A stretch of 63,055 nucleotides of DNA, filler included, from Choristocarpus tenellus KU-1152 (taxonomy: Eukaryota; Protista; Phaeophyceae), in NCBI GenBank assembly GCA_964200185.2. It is 11 parts of 11 records of this genome, joined end to end, with 100 filler letters (N's around TTAATTAATTAA, not from the genome) between each part and the next. Parts side by side here need not be neighbours in the genome. Positions count along the whole stretch, not along the records: positions 41,762 to 55,300 come from CAXNAD020001456.1; positions 55,401 to 60,274 come from CAXNAD020012704.1; positions 60,375 to 63,055 come from CAXNAD020025700.1; 8 more parts are not named here. One strand, given 5' to 3'. Position 1 is the stretch's first letter; every line of letters starts with the position of its first letter. Both the position numbers and the translations under genes were made by a program. The notes beneath the pieces were generated by a model. That model was given only the letters and a program-made list of their open reading frames with translations. It searched no databases and was not told the DNA's origin. Below, piece after piece: positions 51,661-63,055 of this stretch.

Positions 51661-53780
51661 TGGGGAGGTGGGGGATGGTGAGGAGATGCATAAACACGTA
51701 CTATAAACCATTTTGAAGTAGTACTGAGGAATTGACTATGCTGCTTTTTGAGTTTTTTTATGGTGGGTTAATATCCTTTGTGTGTGATTTTTTATACACT
51801 AATTAGGAAGTTATAATTTTTGATGGTGTTGAAGATGCGAGGATTGCTTAGAGCTTCTCAGCCAATGTCATCATTTCTACACCATCATCTCGGCAGATGT
51901 ACAATAATTTTTGTGCTTTGGTCACATCAACATAGATGTATTTAAAATGACTGCTGTCCTTCATTTCTCGTTTTCTTACTACCTAGTATTTTTTTTTTGT
52001 ATCATGCCCGCAGCCCAGTAATGAAGCGATGTTTTATTTCCCCAACTCCAAAACCTGCGCACTACACTAATTTCCTATTCCAATTTATGTATCACTCCAT
52101 TTTTTCTTGCTCTAAGGACTTGCAGCGGTTGTTCTCCACTAGATTGATCACCATGCCTTCTATTAATACCACAATGAGTCGGGAAGTGAAGCGGGTAGCA
52201 TCTACACTGCAGTATAAGGTGGCTGTAGGGGACAAAGAGGTAGCTTTGGGAGGAGGGTGGAAAAGCATGTACATATACGGAGTACATGTATGTCTGTGTC
52301 TTGAAGCAAATCATTTGCACATTAGGTTGTATCGTGGATCTGTGCATCATCTTTGGCTTGTAAGAACTTTGGATATCAGGTTTTTGCCCCTGGAGATACC
52401 ATATGTTGCCACGACAATATTTTTAACATTGGAAAACTCTGTTACTCCTCCAGGCTTACATCACGCGTTAATCTTACACCTCATAAAGTATTTAGACGAA
52501 ATGTAGTGTTGACTAAAACTTTAGACCCTATTTGACCTACAACATCTGTTTTTATTGAAAACCTTCAGGCTGTTTCTCTCTCTAAGGTTTATTACGAGAA
52601 CAACAGACAGGAACCAGTCGCTCCATAACGCCCATTATCTATGCAATGCCCGTCGTCTAGCATGGTGATTGCATGTAACATCCGTTATCAAAACGACAAT
52701 TGGTGCCCTCTGATCTATAAATGATGTCTATTGACCAGCAATCTTCGAGCTCATTTGCTCTATACTCTTTGTTTACCAGAACAATGCTACCTTTTGCTTG
52801 CTCGATTGCACTATTCTGGAAAGTGACCTGCTTCCACAATATTGGACATTTACACATTAGATGGATTCTTGAACACAGAGAAAGTAACAGACGAAAAAAG
52901 ACAGAAAGAAGAAACAATACGAAAATAATTCTACACTACTCCACAGTACACCGCTTCTTATCCCTCAAGACGTCCACTATTTGGCAAATGCTTGAGTCCA
53001 TTTACTCTATAACCTCTGCTTTCCAGCAAATGCTCAGGCGCATTTGCTCCAGAGCGTATGTTGTCGCGGATAACAATCGGGACCACTTGCTCTCTAACTT
53101 CAAATTGAAAACTTGATTGGGCCAATTTGAGCCCTAATGTCCTTTGTCCGGGAGAACACCCATGACCTTATCCTCCATATCGTCCACTGTCCCAACAGTG
53201 ATTTGTCTTTGTGTGATGCTAAAGTGCTATCCTGAATTACTTGAGCATTTGATTTTCGAGGTGTGATTGATTTTACAGACAACACATTTAATTGAGACTT
53301 CTTCTGTGTACTATTAATTATGTTCTGTTGCTGTCTTCTTTCTTAAGTAGAATTGGCTTTATCATATCCCCACAAAAACTGGGTCAGGCCACACTGCTCC
53401 TTACAGATAGGAGGGAAAGGGGGAGGGGGGAACATCATAGGTTTTTAGTTCATACACTACGGAATATATATATATATATATATGCAACACTTGTAAGTGA
53501 AGCAAGGTCGATTGACTGTTCTTTTGTGAGGAAATATATCTGCAACTAATTTTATGCTAGGAGATCTGTTGGCATGATCCCGTTTCAAATAAATCACCAA
53601 GATTTCCAACTAGATCAAATATATTTTCATTCACACTCAGTCCATGAGGTCAAAATACACCCTGTAAATACATCTTGATTTAGTTTTAGGTGGTTGAATT
53701 TGAGGAGACCCTGCTGCAGTAACTCGTTTCACCTCTAACACAATTTGTCAAAGAAGTATCACAAAAATACAAAGCACTGA

Positions 53781-54025
53781 AGAGGGTAGGAGTTTTGCCA
53801 TGTTTGTCTGTTCGGGGTTTAGATTCCCATGTTTTTTTTTAATGTCCTTTTTCGGTTGTCTGTGTGAACACAGTTACGTAAAATGCGTACGACTATGAAA
53901 GCCGTGTCGAGAGCAAGGATATTGGCACTTGCTAGCAAACGCGATAGCCAAAATTCATAAAAATCGCAACATTGCATTTATGATCCCGAATGGACACGGC
54001 CCTACCCTCGGAAATGCTTTGACTC
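53781..54025. mobile_element. Diverged MITE family A copy
   Basis: agagggtaggagttttgcc...cctaccctcggaaatgctttgactc. Confidence 0.78.
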
Positions 54026-55451
54026 AAAGGATCAAACCTGTCAATGATTATCGATATTTTGTCGTTGATAGAAGAATTGTTTATGATGTCTGATCATACT
54101 CTGAACTAACCACATGATGTGGTTGTAGAGGATTTTTTATCGAAAAAAAATAGATTTACACTGTTGTTATCATGCACTCGATGCACGTTGTTGTGTGTTA
54201 GTGTTTTCGAAAAAACAGATTTGTTTTGGAGCATCACAGTTTGGGGTCCAAATAAAGCACCACGTAATGCATTAAATGGTCGTACCAACGAAGCACCTGT
54301 CAGAATTAACCTCAGGGATTAACACCACCCCAAACACCTAATATTCTGGGCGAGTGAGCGTCGAATGATGTCGTATACCATCCTGTACTCTGGTTGAACA
54401 GATAAGAATCAGCTGCAGTAACAGAACAAGCAATTTAAGGTTACTCATACATAAGTTCGAGGTATGGACTGAGATAAATTTTACCGTGTTGATGAGACGC
54501 GAAACCGCTCTTATGGAACTACACCGCCAACTGTCAAGTAGCGTTACGCATTATATGCCCTACTTGTATGACTTTGTGCCTCTTCTAAGGAATAAAGCAC
54601 TAATAACGACTGGATGCGGTGTAGCCGACTAGACTGGACTAGACCTGGCAGGTTCAGGGCCAATAAGCACCACATATGTACTGTTGTTGAAGTGGTTCTG
54701 ACGACCCTTGGTTAGGAGGAGTGAGGTATCTCGACACCCTCACACTTTCTGAACCTCTTCATACAAGCCTTTGATATGGTTCTTTGATTGCTTGTAGAAC
54801 CACATCGTGTCTTTCATTGTCGTGTCTTTCACTGTAGGGCGGCTTATGAAGGGAGATCATACATTACTTCGAAGAATATGCACTTTGACAACCGTAAACA
54901 ACTTTCTGTGTTTTCATCACTACAGGACCCGTCAGATTTTCATCAGATAACCCAGGTCCAGGGCGGGGTAAAATAATTTTACCTACTGGATACTAGTTAC
55001 ACGAAACACTGATTCACAATATTCTTCTTTACAGCCTTGACCTTCTGGTGTGAAGGTTCAAAGTGAGGGCTGTAACGAAGATATTCTTGAGGATCTTGGA
55101 TGGAGACAGATATCATCAGTTGGGCAGGTACGGAGGAAGAAGATGGTGATATATTGATTACCACATACCCCAAGTACATAATAACAGCCGATCACCAAAA
55201 TTGAGGATGGAGCTTTTAACGGAGGATGAGCGAGACCTGGAATGGTGCGCGGAAAGTGCACATATGTTTTTTTTGTAAATGTTGCGGCACTTTTGGAGGG
55301 NNNNNNNNNNNNNNNNNNNNNNNNNNNNNNNNNNNNNNNNNNNNTTAATTAATTAANNNNNNNNNNNNNNNNNNNNNNNNNNNNNNNNNNNNNNNNNNNN
55401 TTTTGTTTTAGGGGGTGGGAATCAAGGATCAAAGGAAAGGGGGAGTGTGGT

Positions 55452-55496
<45 letters not shown>

Positions 55497-55911
55497 AGTG
55501 CTAAGGGTTTGAGGCGGCAGTAGTGTAGGGTGGTGATGTTCTGTTTGGTAGGGATTTGTATCTCCTGGAGGGGGGGGTAGTTTTTTTTCGTGGTGCAGTA
55601 GGAGTTCCATCATTGGAGAGAGGCATTCCTGACCTGTATTGATAATGTGTAGAAATAGAGAGTTGAAGAGTATGCTGTTGGTTGAAAATAGTAACCCTAA
55701 CCCTAAGCAGTAGTTACGGATATTTTAGTACGATTAAATAGCAGTGTGTTTTGCTTTCAACAGGTCTCTGTCAACACTAGACAGCATAGTTGAATAACAC
55801 ACACAGTGGTCGTGATCACATTGCGTTTTGAAACATCCTAAGGGTGTAGTAGCTTTGATCAGACCGTTTGAGGTTTGGCCCGCTTTGATCCATTGCTGTG
55901 CATGATGCCAG

Positions 55912-58900
55912 GTCTTTGTGGTGAGGACCCTTAGAACCATCACGTTTGTGTCTGAGTTCCCCTTCCGCAAGATCCAATTGATACTGAGGTTGTACAAGAC
56001 TGCAGCCGAGGTGTTACACGGTTTTGACGTTGATGCCTGCAGTGTTGGCTTTGATGGGCACACGGTGAGCACAGGCAGAGAGAGGGGGGGGTGTAGTGGT
56101 AGTGGTGGTAGTAGTGGTAGTGGTGGTAGTGGTAGTGGTAGTAGTAATGAGAATAGTGGTAGTAGTAGTAGTAGTAGTAATGAGAATAGTGGTAGTAGTA
56201 GTAGTGAGAGTGATAGTAATAGTAATAGTAGGGGTTTTTTTACAGTAAATGTTTGAAATGATGAAAGAGGCCTCTTTGACTTCTGGTATGCCCTGTTTAC
56301 TTGGTTGTGATGTGATACGTGGTGAATGGAATGAGACTAGCAGTTACGGTTGTTGTAGTCACAATTTTTTGCCCTGTATCACTTTTTTCTTTACTTGAAC
56401 AGTCATACCGATTCTTCCATTGAGAAGAAAAATAAATATGGATAGATACATACATCGATATAAATGGATAGATATGGTCTAGTTCTTCATATAGAGGCTT
56501 TCTTTTTATTCTTCCATGCGATTGATCTTGGACGGTGCAAATACGAGAGAAAGAAGAAGAATTTTATGAGAAATTTATAAGTAGAAGGCGATGGTGGGTT
56601 GTGTACTCTCTTCTGGAAGAGTATAATATATATATTTATATTTATATATGTGAGCCTTTGTCCTCATGACTGTTTCTACTTTTTAATTTTTTTTGTGCTG
56701 TTGTTGAATGTCTTTTTATTTATTTGCTTATTTATTTATTTTTTCCATGACAAAAAGGTGTGGGCCACGAACCGAGCTGCCCGTGCCATATGCAAACAGT
56801 ACAACATGGTGGACCTTGATTACCGCAGTCCCTCCTACGAGACACGCCTGTTCAAGTATGGGAAGAGGGGGTGAGGTTCAGATCTGTTGTTGAGTGTAAG
56901 GTGAAGTTTGGCAGGTTGGTGAGTTGGCCAACAAATCAGATATTCACTGTCTCTAGGGGAGCGGGGAGGTTGATTTGAAGGTATGAGGTGTACCACCGGT
57001 GGTATGAGGTGGGTCTGTTATACCATTGTGGTCTTCGTTTCTCGGCGGTACATCACTCTGGTAAATATAAAATAAAAATGCTTACCCTATTTTTACCCTT
57101 GGCGAGACGCTCTGTGTTGAGTGCAGTGGGGTACGTCAAGGCAAGGTGATAGAGCAGTATAGTGCAGGTATACCCTTTTTGTGTTGGGAGGTATTATTCT
57201 CGCGTGTTATGCCAGGTGTTTGAGGGTCAAAGGGTGTTGATGAAGTTGATTAGGTGCAACGGCGGTTGAGCCCGAGATGAAATTTAATTGGTGTCCTTCT
57301 GGGAAGATAGTAATAATAACCTTGCTTGTAAAAGTGTGGATGACTTCCATTTTTTTTTTTCATGAAAAAATTATTCTTAGATCTCGGTGTGTGTGTATGC
57401 TCTGCCGATGTGCTTCTCTGGAGGCATAATTAGCTACAGCTGTTGCAGTCATTTCGGGGTTACTGTGCTTTTTTCTGAATCCATACCCTATTTTGACATG
57501 TACTTTGAAGGGTTAGGGTTTTACGTAGCATCTGCTGGTATTACCTCTCTAGATTTAAGTAGTCACAACTACTGCCCTCATTTAAGGTTGCTGTACCTTT
57601 TTCCTACACATGTACCCTATTTTTTCCCTTCACATTTGAAGGGTTAAGGTGACTTAATATCCATCTCAGTAATGCCCACAAACCCCAGCCCTCTGTTTCC
57701 CATACACATAGGCATGTGCACACAAGCACAATAATAGTAAGTACCCTTTTGTCCCCTACCCCTACTCTTGGTGACAGTTACACTTCATTGTTGCCGTTCT
57801 TGGAGGTAGATTGCATCAAGCCAAGCCTGCTTGTCAACGGAATACACCCAGGTCGTGCCCATGAAGAGCGAGGGCTTGCCAAGGTAAGGTTTAGTGATAT
57901 GAGATTAGTGATGAAGTAAGTATGTGCTAGGAGCTGGTAGCGGTGAGGTCTTGTGGAGACCTGGCAGGCGTCGCCAAGGCCTTTGCCCTCGTGTTGACAT
58001 GACCAAAGAGTACGGCTGTGCTTTGCTTTTGAAGTGTGAGCAGCTATGTGGAGAGACGGGAAGGAGAGGTGTGTTTCAATAAAATAAAATAAAATAAACT
58101 GTTGGGTGTATTTTTTGTACGGGCAAGGAGAGGTGTTGGCAACACAATATCCAATGGTTTGATTTTGATCTTGATCTTGATCTTGTTCATTCAATTATGT
58201 TATTTTACGGCGATACAATCTGTACTGTACTGGTGATGACAACAAAAATGAAAAAAAAAATGATAACTCACATACACACACACACAAAACACACACAAAA
58301 CACATATAATACACATAACAAAGAAAAAAGCTTCAAAATTTTGAAGCACGTGTACCTCTCATCCAAACCCCTCGTCCCGTCCTTCCCCTATCCTCTTTGT
58401 TTGTTTTTTTTTCAGCCTCTCTTCTGTGTATGGTGATACACAATACACAATGTGTGTGTATATATATATATGTATTTTATTTGTGTTTTTTTATTTGTGT
58501 AATGACAATGTGTGACAATGTGTGACAATGTATGACAATGTGTGACAATGTGTACAGATGATAGCGTTGGATTCTTCGTTCTGTAAGTACCATCTGGAGA
58601 GGACGACATGGGGGGGATTCCGTCGAAGGTGGAATGAGGGGTTGTTACACGGATTGAGAGAGGATAGCGTCGACAACACCACCATCTACCATGACCAGGT
58701 TGACTTGCTTTCTATTTTTTCTGTTGATGGTGCCTGCTACAGTCAGTTCTTGTAGTAGTGGTGTTGACGTTTTGAGCGTATTGATAGTGTGTAGGTGGGT
58801 AGCTTTGCCGTTTTGGTGTGTTGTCCAGTGTGTTGTCCAAACGTTCTCTTGCCTTGTACTCTGGATTGTAGCTCTGCTTGGGGTCCTTAGGGTGAGGATT

Positions 58901-59627
58901 TGTTTTGGGTGTGGTGGTTCAAGTTCTTTGTTCTTTGCTGTTGCCCGTGGCTTGTGTGTGTTGTGTGTGTGTGTGTGTGTGTGTGATTGTTGACTTTGTT
59001 CCTCCAGGTGTACATGTAGGATTATTATGTATCCCTCCCCCCACCCCCCACCCCCTCGTAAGCTGTTTATTTTAACCATGTGTCAGAGGCTTAGTCCTCC
59101 TATGGACTTGCTTGCTGGATCAAATCTCGAATACTTCCTACTTTGGGGCAAGACTGAACACATTGCCACCTGCAGCTGCTGCCCCTTCCTCCGATTTCAA
59201 TCCAGGACAGACCGATTCATAGCCCTGTCCTAATACCCTCTCCCTCTTTGGTCTTTCTGGTTGATTGTTGATTGTGCCCTGCCCCATCCAATATTTAACT
59301 AATGTATTTCTCACTATTGCCCATTGAGACTTTATAGTTACAAGGCTTGGTTGAAAAAGGATGGCACCCTTGTGGACTCATTGAATACATAACTTTGTAT
59401 AGAGCTCTGCCCTTCCCCCCCCGCCCCCCGCCTGCCTGCCTGCCTGCCCAATTTTCACTCTACCCTCCATTTTAACGTCTATCCTGTCTTTGTTTGGCAA
59501 GACGGTGAGAGAGAGTGATTACACTACTATGTTTATACCATATGGTCCTGGCTGGACTGTGAACAGGACCTGGCGCCATGTCGAGACCTACTGCTCTCGA
59601 CTCAATAGCTGGTACTTCCGCATGACG
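55912..59627 (+). CDS. Uncharacterised conserved protein, probable Pol-beta-type nucleotidyltransferase-fold family; exons 55912-56064, 56758-56870, 57778-57883, 58558-58698, 59502-59627 (partial)
   Basis: Spliced VRTLRTITF...KIQLILRLYKTAAEVLHGFDVDACSVGFDG|VWATNRAARA...NMVDLDYRSPSYETRLFKYGKRG|Y...GLAK|MIALD...|SDYTTMFIPYGPGW; motif string recognised from a fungal/protist/giant-virus family; phases consistent. Confidence 0.8.
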
Positions 59628-61062
59628 GTGAGAGATTAAGATAGCTGGCTTCTTTATATTAAGGTTGGGGGGGGGGGGGATTGTAGGAGAGGGTCATGTC
59701 AATGTGTTTCTTGGAAGGCGGTCTGATTTTGTAAGTTAAATAAAATATATATATAAATATATATATATATATTGAAAAGGTGATTTTGATCCGCTTTTGC
59801 TCAAGTATGTTTAGGGCGCTTATGTTTTTGTGCCTACTAGCAGCAGGTGTTTTCTGTACATAATTGGCTTGAGTGGGTCAGCACTGGACCGATTAACAGG
59901 GGGGGGGTTGCAACTTGGTAGGCGTTTAAATGTATGGTACGTTGAAATCTGTCTTGCCTCCCCCGAGCTTTCTCGAGGTATGTAGGTATGTATTTAAACA
60001 CCTTTAATGTGATTCCACAGGAGTTGATGGACATTTTTCTCCAAGCGTGTTTTGTGAGTAGACAACACCAACTCTTTTGTGTTGTTGAAGATTGTTATGA
60101 CTATGCTGTTGTTGTCCTATACAAGTGATGCGTGTTACGTGTTTGACTACTCTCTTCCCCCGTTCCCTTCGGGCTCTGTGGGTTTTGGTCCTGAAGAGGG
60201 GAGGGGGGGGGGGGGGGGGAAGATCCCTACCACCCCCTTTATGGGCCCTTCTTTCCTCGCTACCCCCCCTACACNNNNNNNNNNNNNNNNNNNNNNNNNN
60301 NNNNNNNNNNNNNNNNNNTTAATTAATTAANNNNNNNNNNNNNNNNNNNNNNNNNNNNNNNNNNNNNNNNNNNNGGTGGATATACAAGGGGTGAAAAAAA
60401 AAAAAAAAAAAAGGGGGGGGTAAAGAGAGGGGGGGGGGGGGGGGGGGGGACAAATGAATTGGAGGCTGTATGTCAGTTTTTGGGAGAGGTAAGACCCTTG
60501 GAGGGTGGAGAAAGCAGGGCTAGCGATGTGGTATGCTAATGTGAAATAATAAACTACTACATACTAATACCACGATAAAATTTTAACACTAAAAAAAAGA
60601 TAGTATCATATCAATATCTAAGATGCTATGTACTAGTATTAATAGTGGAAGGAGCCGAGAAAGGATAGAATGAGAGCTGACTAATAAAATAGCACATACA
60701 ACCATCACAAGGTCAATTTCACAGGTGGTCGCAAGGAAGTCACCAAGGGAGTAGGAATACACACACACCAGAACACATAGAGTACTACCATGAAGGTCTA
60801 TAAACACAAATGCATACATAAATGTGTACATACACACATGAAGTACATGTACTGCTTCAAGGAAAGCAGCAATTCAAAAGAATATGTTTATGCAGGATAG
60901 GCAACACCCTTCAATAGATAACATTCACATGAGAACAAGAAGATCTCCTTCCTTTTACAGCGATAAAAACATTACGCGTCCAACATATCTCAACCCCCCC
61001 CCCCACCCCCAAGGCACACACAGTGTCTGTCCTTCAATTCCTACCAGCACAAGCTCTCACAC

Positions 61063-61876
61063 CTTCAAGGCCGACCCTCGCCCTCGCAAATACGCCATAG
61101 TCTTCAACAACAGACCAGTTTCCAGGGTCGTCATCAGCAGCAAGAGTGTTGAGGGGAGTACACGCAAGGTCAAGAGAGAGGGGGGTAACAATGATTTAGG
61201 GTTAGGGCTCAGCAAACGAGAGGGAGGGAGGGAGGGTTAGGGTTAGGGTTAGACTCAAAGTAGGATCCTTCCCATCCTCGGGTTGGCTATACAATGCCAG
61301 GCATGATTTCTCCGCAGTCGTGGAACCTACTGGTATATGCATACTTAGGAGGAGAGACCACGACAATACGAGCTTGGATGGAGTATCCAAGGTTGTCCTT
61401 TGTTGCGACATGTGATGAGGACTTGACAGCACGCTAAACACAGCGAATAATGTAGCATAGATCTTTGTATACAAGGCCGCGTGGTTGCGGATGGGAAGGA
61501 CTGTTGAATCCCGCTGTTGTTGTTGTTGATTGCAAATCTTGGGGGGAGGAACAGCAACCCCATGTGCTTGCTCGTTGCAATGCTGATCACTTTTTTTTCT
61601 GGCAAAGGTCTACAGCATCACAAAAAATAGCACTCCTTTAAAGGTACACAGAGAGACCAGGCTGAGTACACAACAGAAACAGAAGAGAGCGAGCACTTCA
61701 GCAAGCGCTTAACACCCTCCTCCACCACCACAACGGAACACCCCCACCCCCCCAACGCCGTACCCACAAGGGGGAACTGTTTGTAACGACTGACCAGCTC
61801 ATTCCACTCCAACCTCTCCTCGTCCTCCGCATATGCAAATCCATATCCCGGCATGTCCGCCATCAGGAGTTTTGCC
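61063..61876 (-). CDS. engB: EngB/YihA/YsxC-family GTPase internal exons 61876-61795 and 61101-61063
   Basis: KLLMADMPGYGFAYAEDEERLEWNEL|TMAYLRGRGSALK matches G3 DxPGYG and the following W..L...YL..R pattern. Confidence 0.85.
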
Positions 61877-63055
61877 CTGAACAAAAGAGCAACAGATTTA
61901 TCCCAGCAGAGAGACAGAACAAACAAAACAAAAAAACTCAAAAACAAGCTGGAATGAGATCACCGCCAACAAATGGTAGGCCGCCAACAAATGGTAGGCC
62001 GCCATAGGGAGGGTGAGGGGGCACTAACGATATAGGACAAGCTCCACCACCAATCAGATCCCGGGGTCATACCATACTTAACACCAATCAGACTCTTCCG
62101 TGTTCGTATCCCTATAACACTGCAACATCCTAACTTACCGACATAGTGTACGGAAGGTTATTCTGACTGAACACCAACTTGGATACATCCCAAGACATCA
62201 ACACTGGCCAATATGGGTATGGTCCATCTCATCGGTGGATTTTGGTATCCGTGCACCACTCCTAGAAAAATTCATTGGCAGAGTGCTTTGACCTCCAGCG
62301 TGTTGAATAGCTTAGTGCACACAAGGCTCGCCGCCCAAAGTCGCTGGTTGAGTTACATGGTAAAACATACACTGAATTATCCATTGCCTGCCAGGTCTCC
62401 AATATCACTAACATTGACCCACCATACTGCTACTCATCATACCGTTTTGCATGTTACTGCTTTGTATTGTACCTTTCCAAAGACAAATGTACATGAAACC
62501 TATGTTATATACTTGTATCAGCAAATACAACATGAGGATAGCACTAGGTTATTCAACACAGCGCGAACCTTACACTCACAAACTCAGGAGTCCGCCTATA
62601 TGAGCGACACAGTCCACACCAAAGCAAGTCTGTATACCCGGCTTGCACGATTGAGCAGGTATTCCACCTCCAGTGCATATACAGATACATCCATTTAGAA
62701 GCTGGACCAATAATTTACTAGATGTGAATCAGGTGTGATGGCAAGTGGAGAATCATCACCTTGTTTGATCAACCAGTCCTCTGAATCCACATCAAGCAAT
62801 CAAGTTAGAACCATGAAGACCACTTTGTACCAAAACAGAGACTCCCAACAAGTGGACACTGTCACACCAGCTGCAAGCCCGTGGTAAGGGAGTGAGGGGG
62901 ATACCTTAGGCCCTCAAAGTCAACAACCTAGTTCCAATCAATAGTTGCACAAGGATGTGATGGTTATCACAACAAATACCAAGGGCAAGTAACTCCTCCA
63001 TTTTTTAGAGCAAAAAAGGAGATGCAGTGACTTTGAGGTTTAGGGGAGTGGGCGG

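Noticed and set aside
56090-56230. Ser/Gly-rich protein extension
   Set aside because: (AGT/GGT)n microsatellite after the GT donor at 56065; intronic

Overview
This is fragmented eukaryotic genomic DNA: 11 contigs joined by ten artificial 100-bp spacers (N44-TTAATTAATTAA-N44). Adjacency across spacers is not evidence of linkage. Intron-rich GT-AG genes, a bipartite plastid-targeting peptide, an FNIP-repeat gene and the retroelement types suggest a photosynthetic stramenopile, probably a brown alga (inference, not verified). Recognisable host genes, mostly partial: an intronless F-box-like/FNIP-repeat protein, a DEAD-box helicase head-to-head with a plastid-targeted gene, a myristoylated CAMK-type kinase, eIF2B-gamma, an uncharacterised nucleotidyltransferase-like gene, an EngB/YihA GTPase and tRNA-Glu(TTC). 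Repeats include two MITE families sharing a CAAAGTATCT terminal core with 4-bp target duplications, Copia, CRE-like and RTE-like retroelement remnants, and an 880-bp fold-back. The most interesting signal appears only after manual splicing. Contig 1 (44-4508, minus) and contig 8 (38400-40570, minus) each hold a decayed spliced gene with a beta-class N6A/N4C DNA-methyltransferase fold whose active-site motifs are replaced, followed by a SET-like domain. Upstream lie PHD-like fingers (contig 1) or a ParB/Srx domain (contig 8). This suggests a multicopy ParB/PHD + dead MTase + SET chromatin cassette. All domain calls are by eye and need HMM or structure confirmation.
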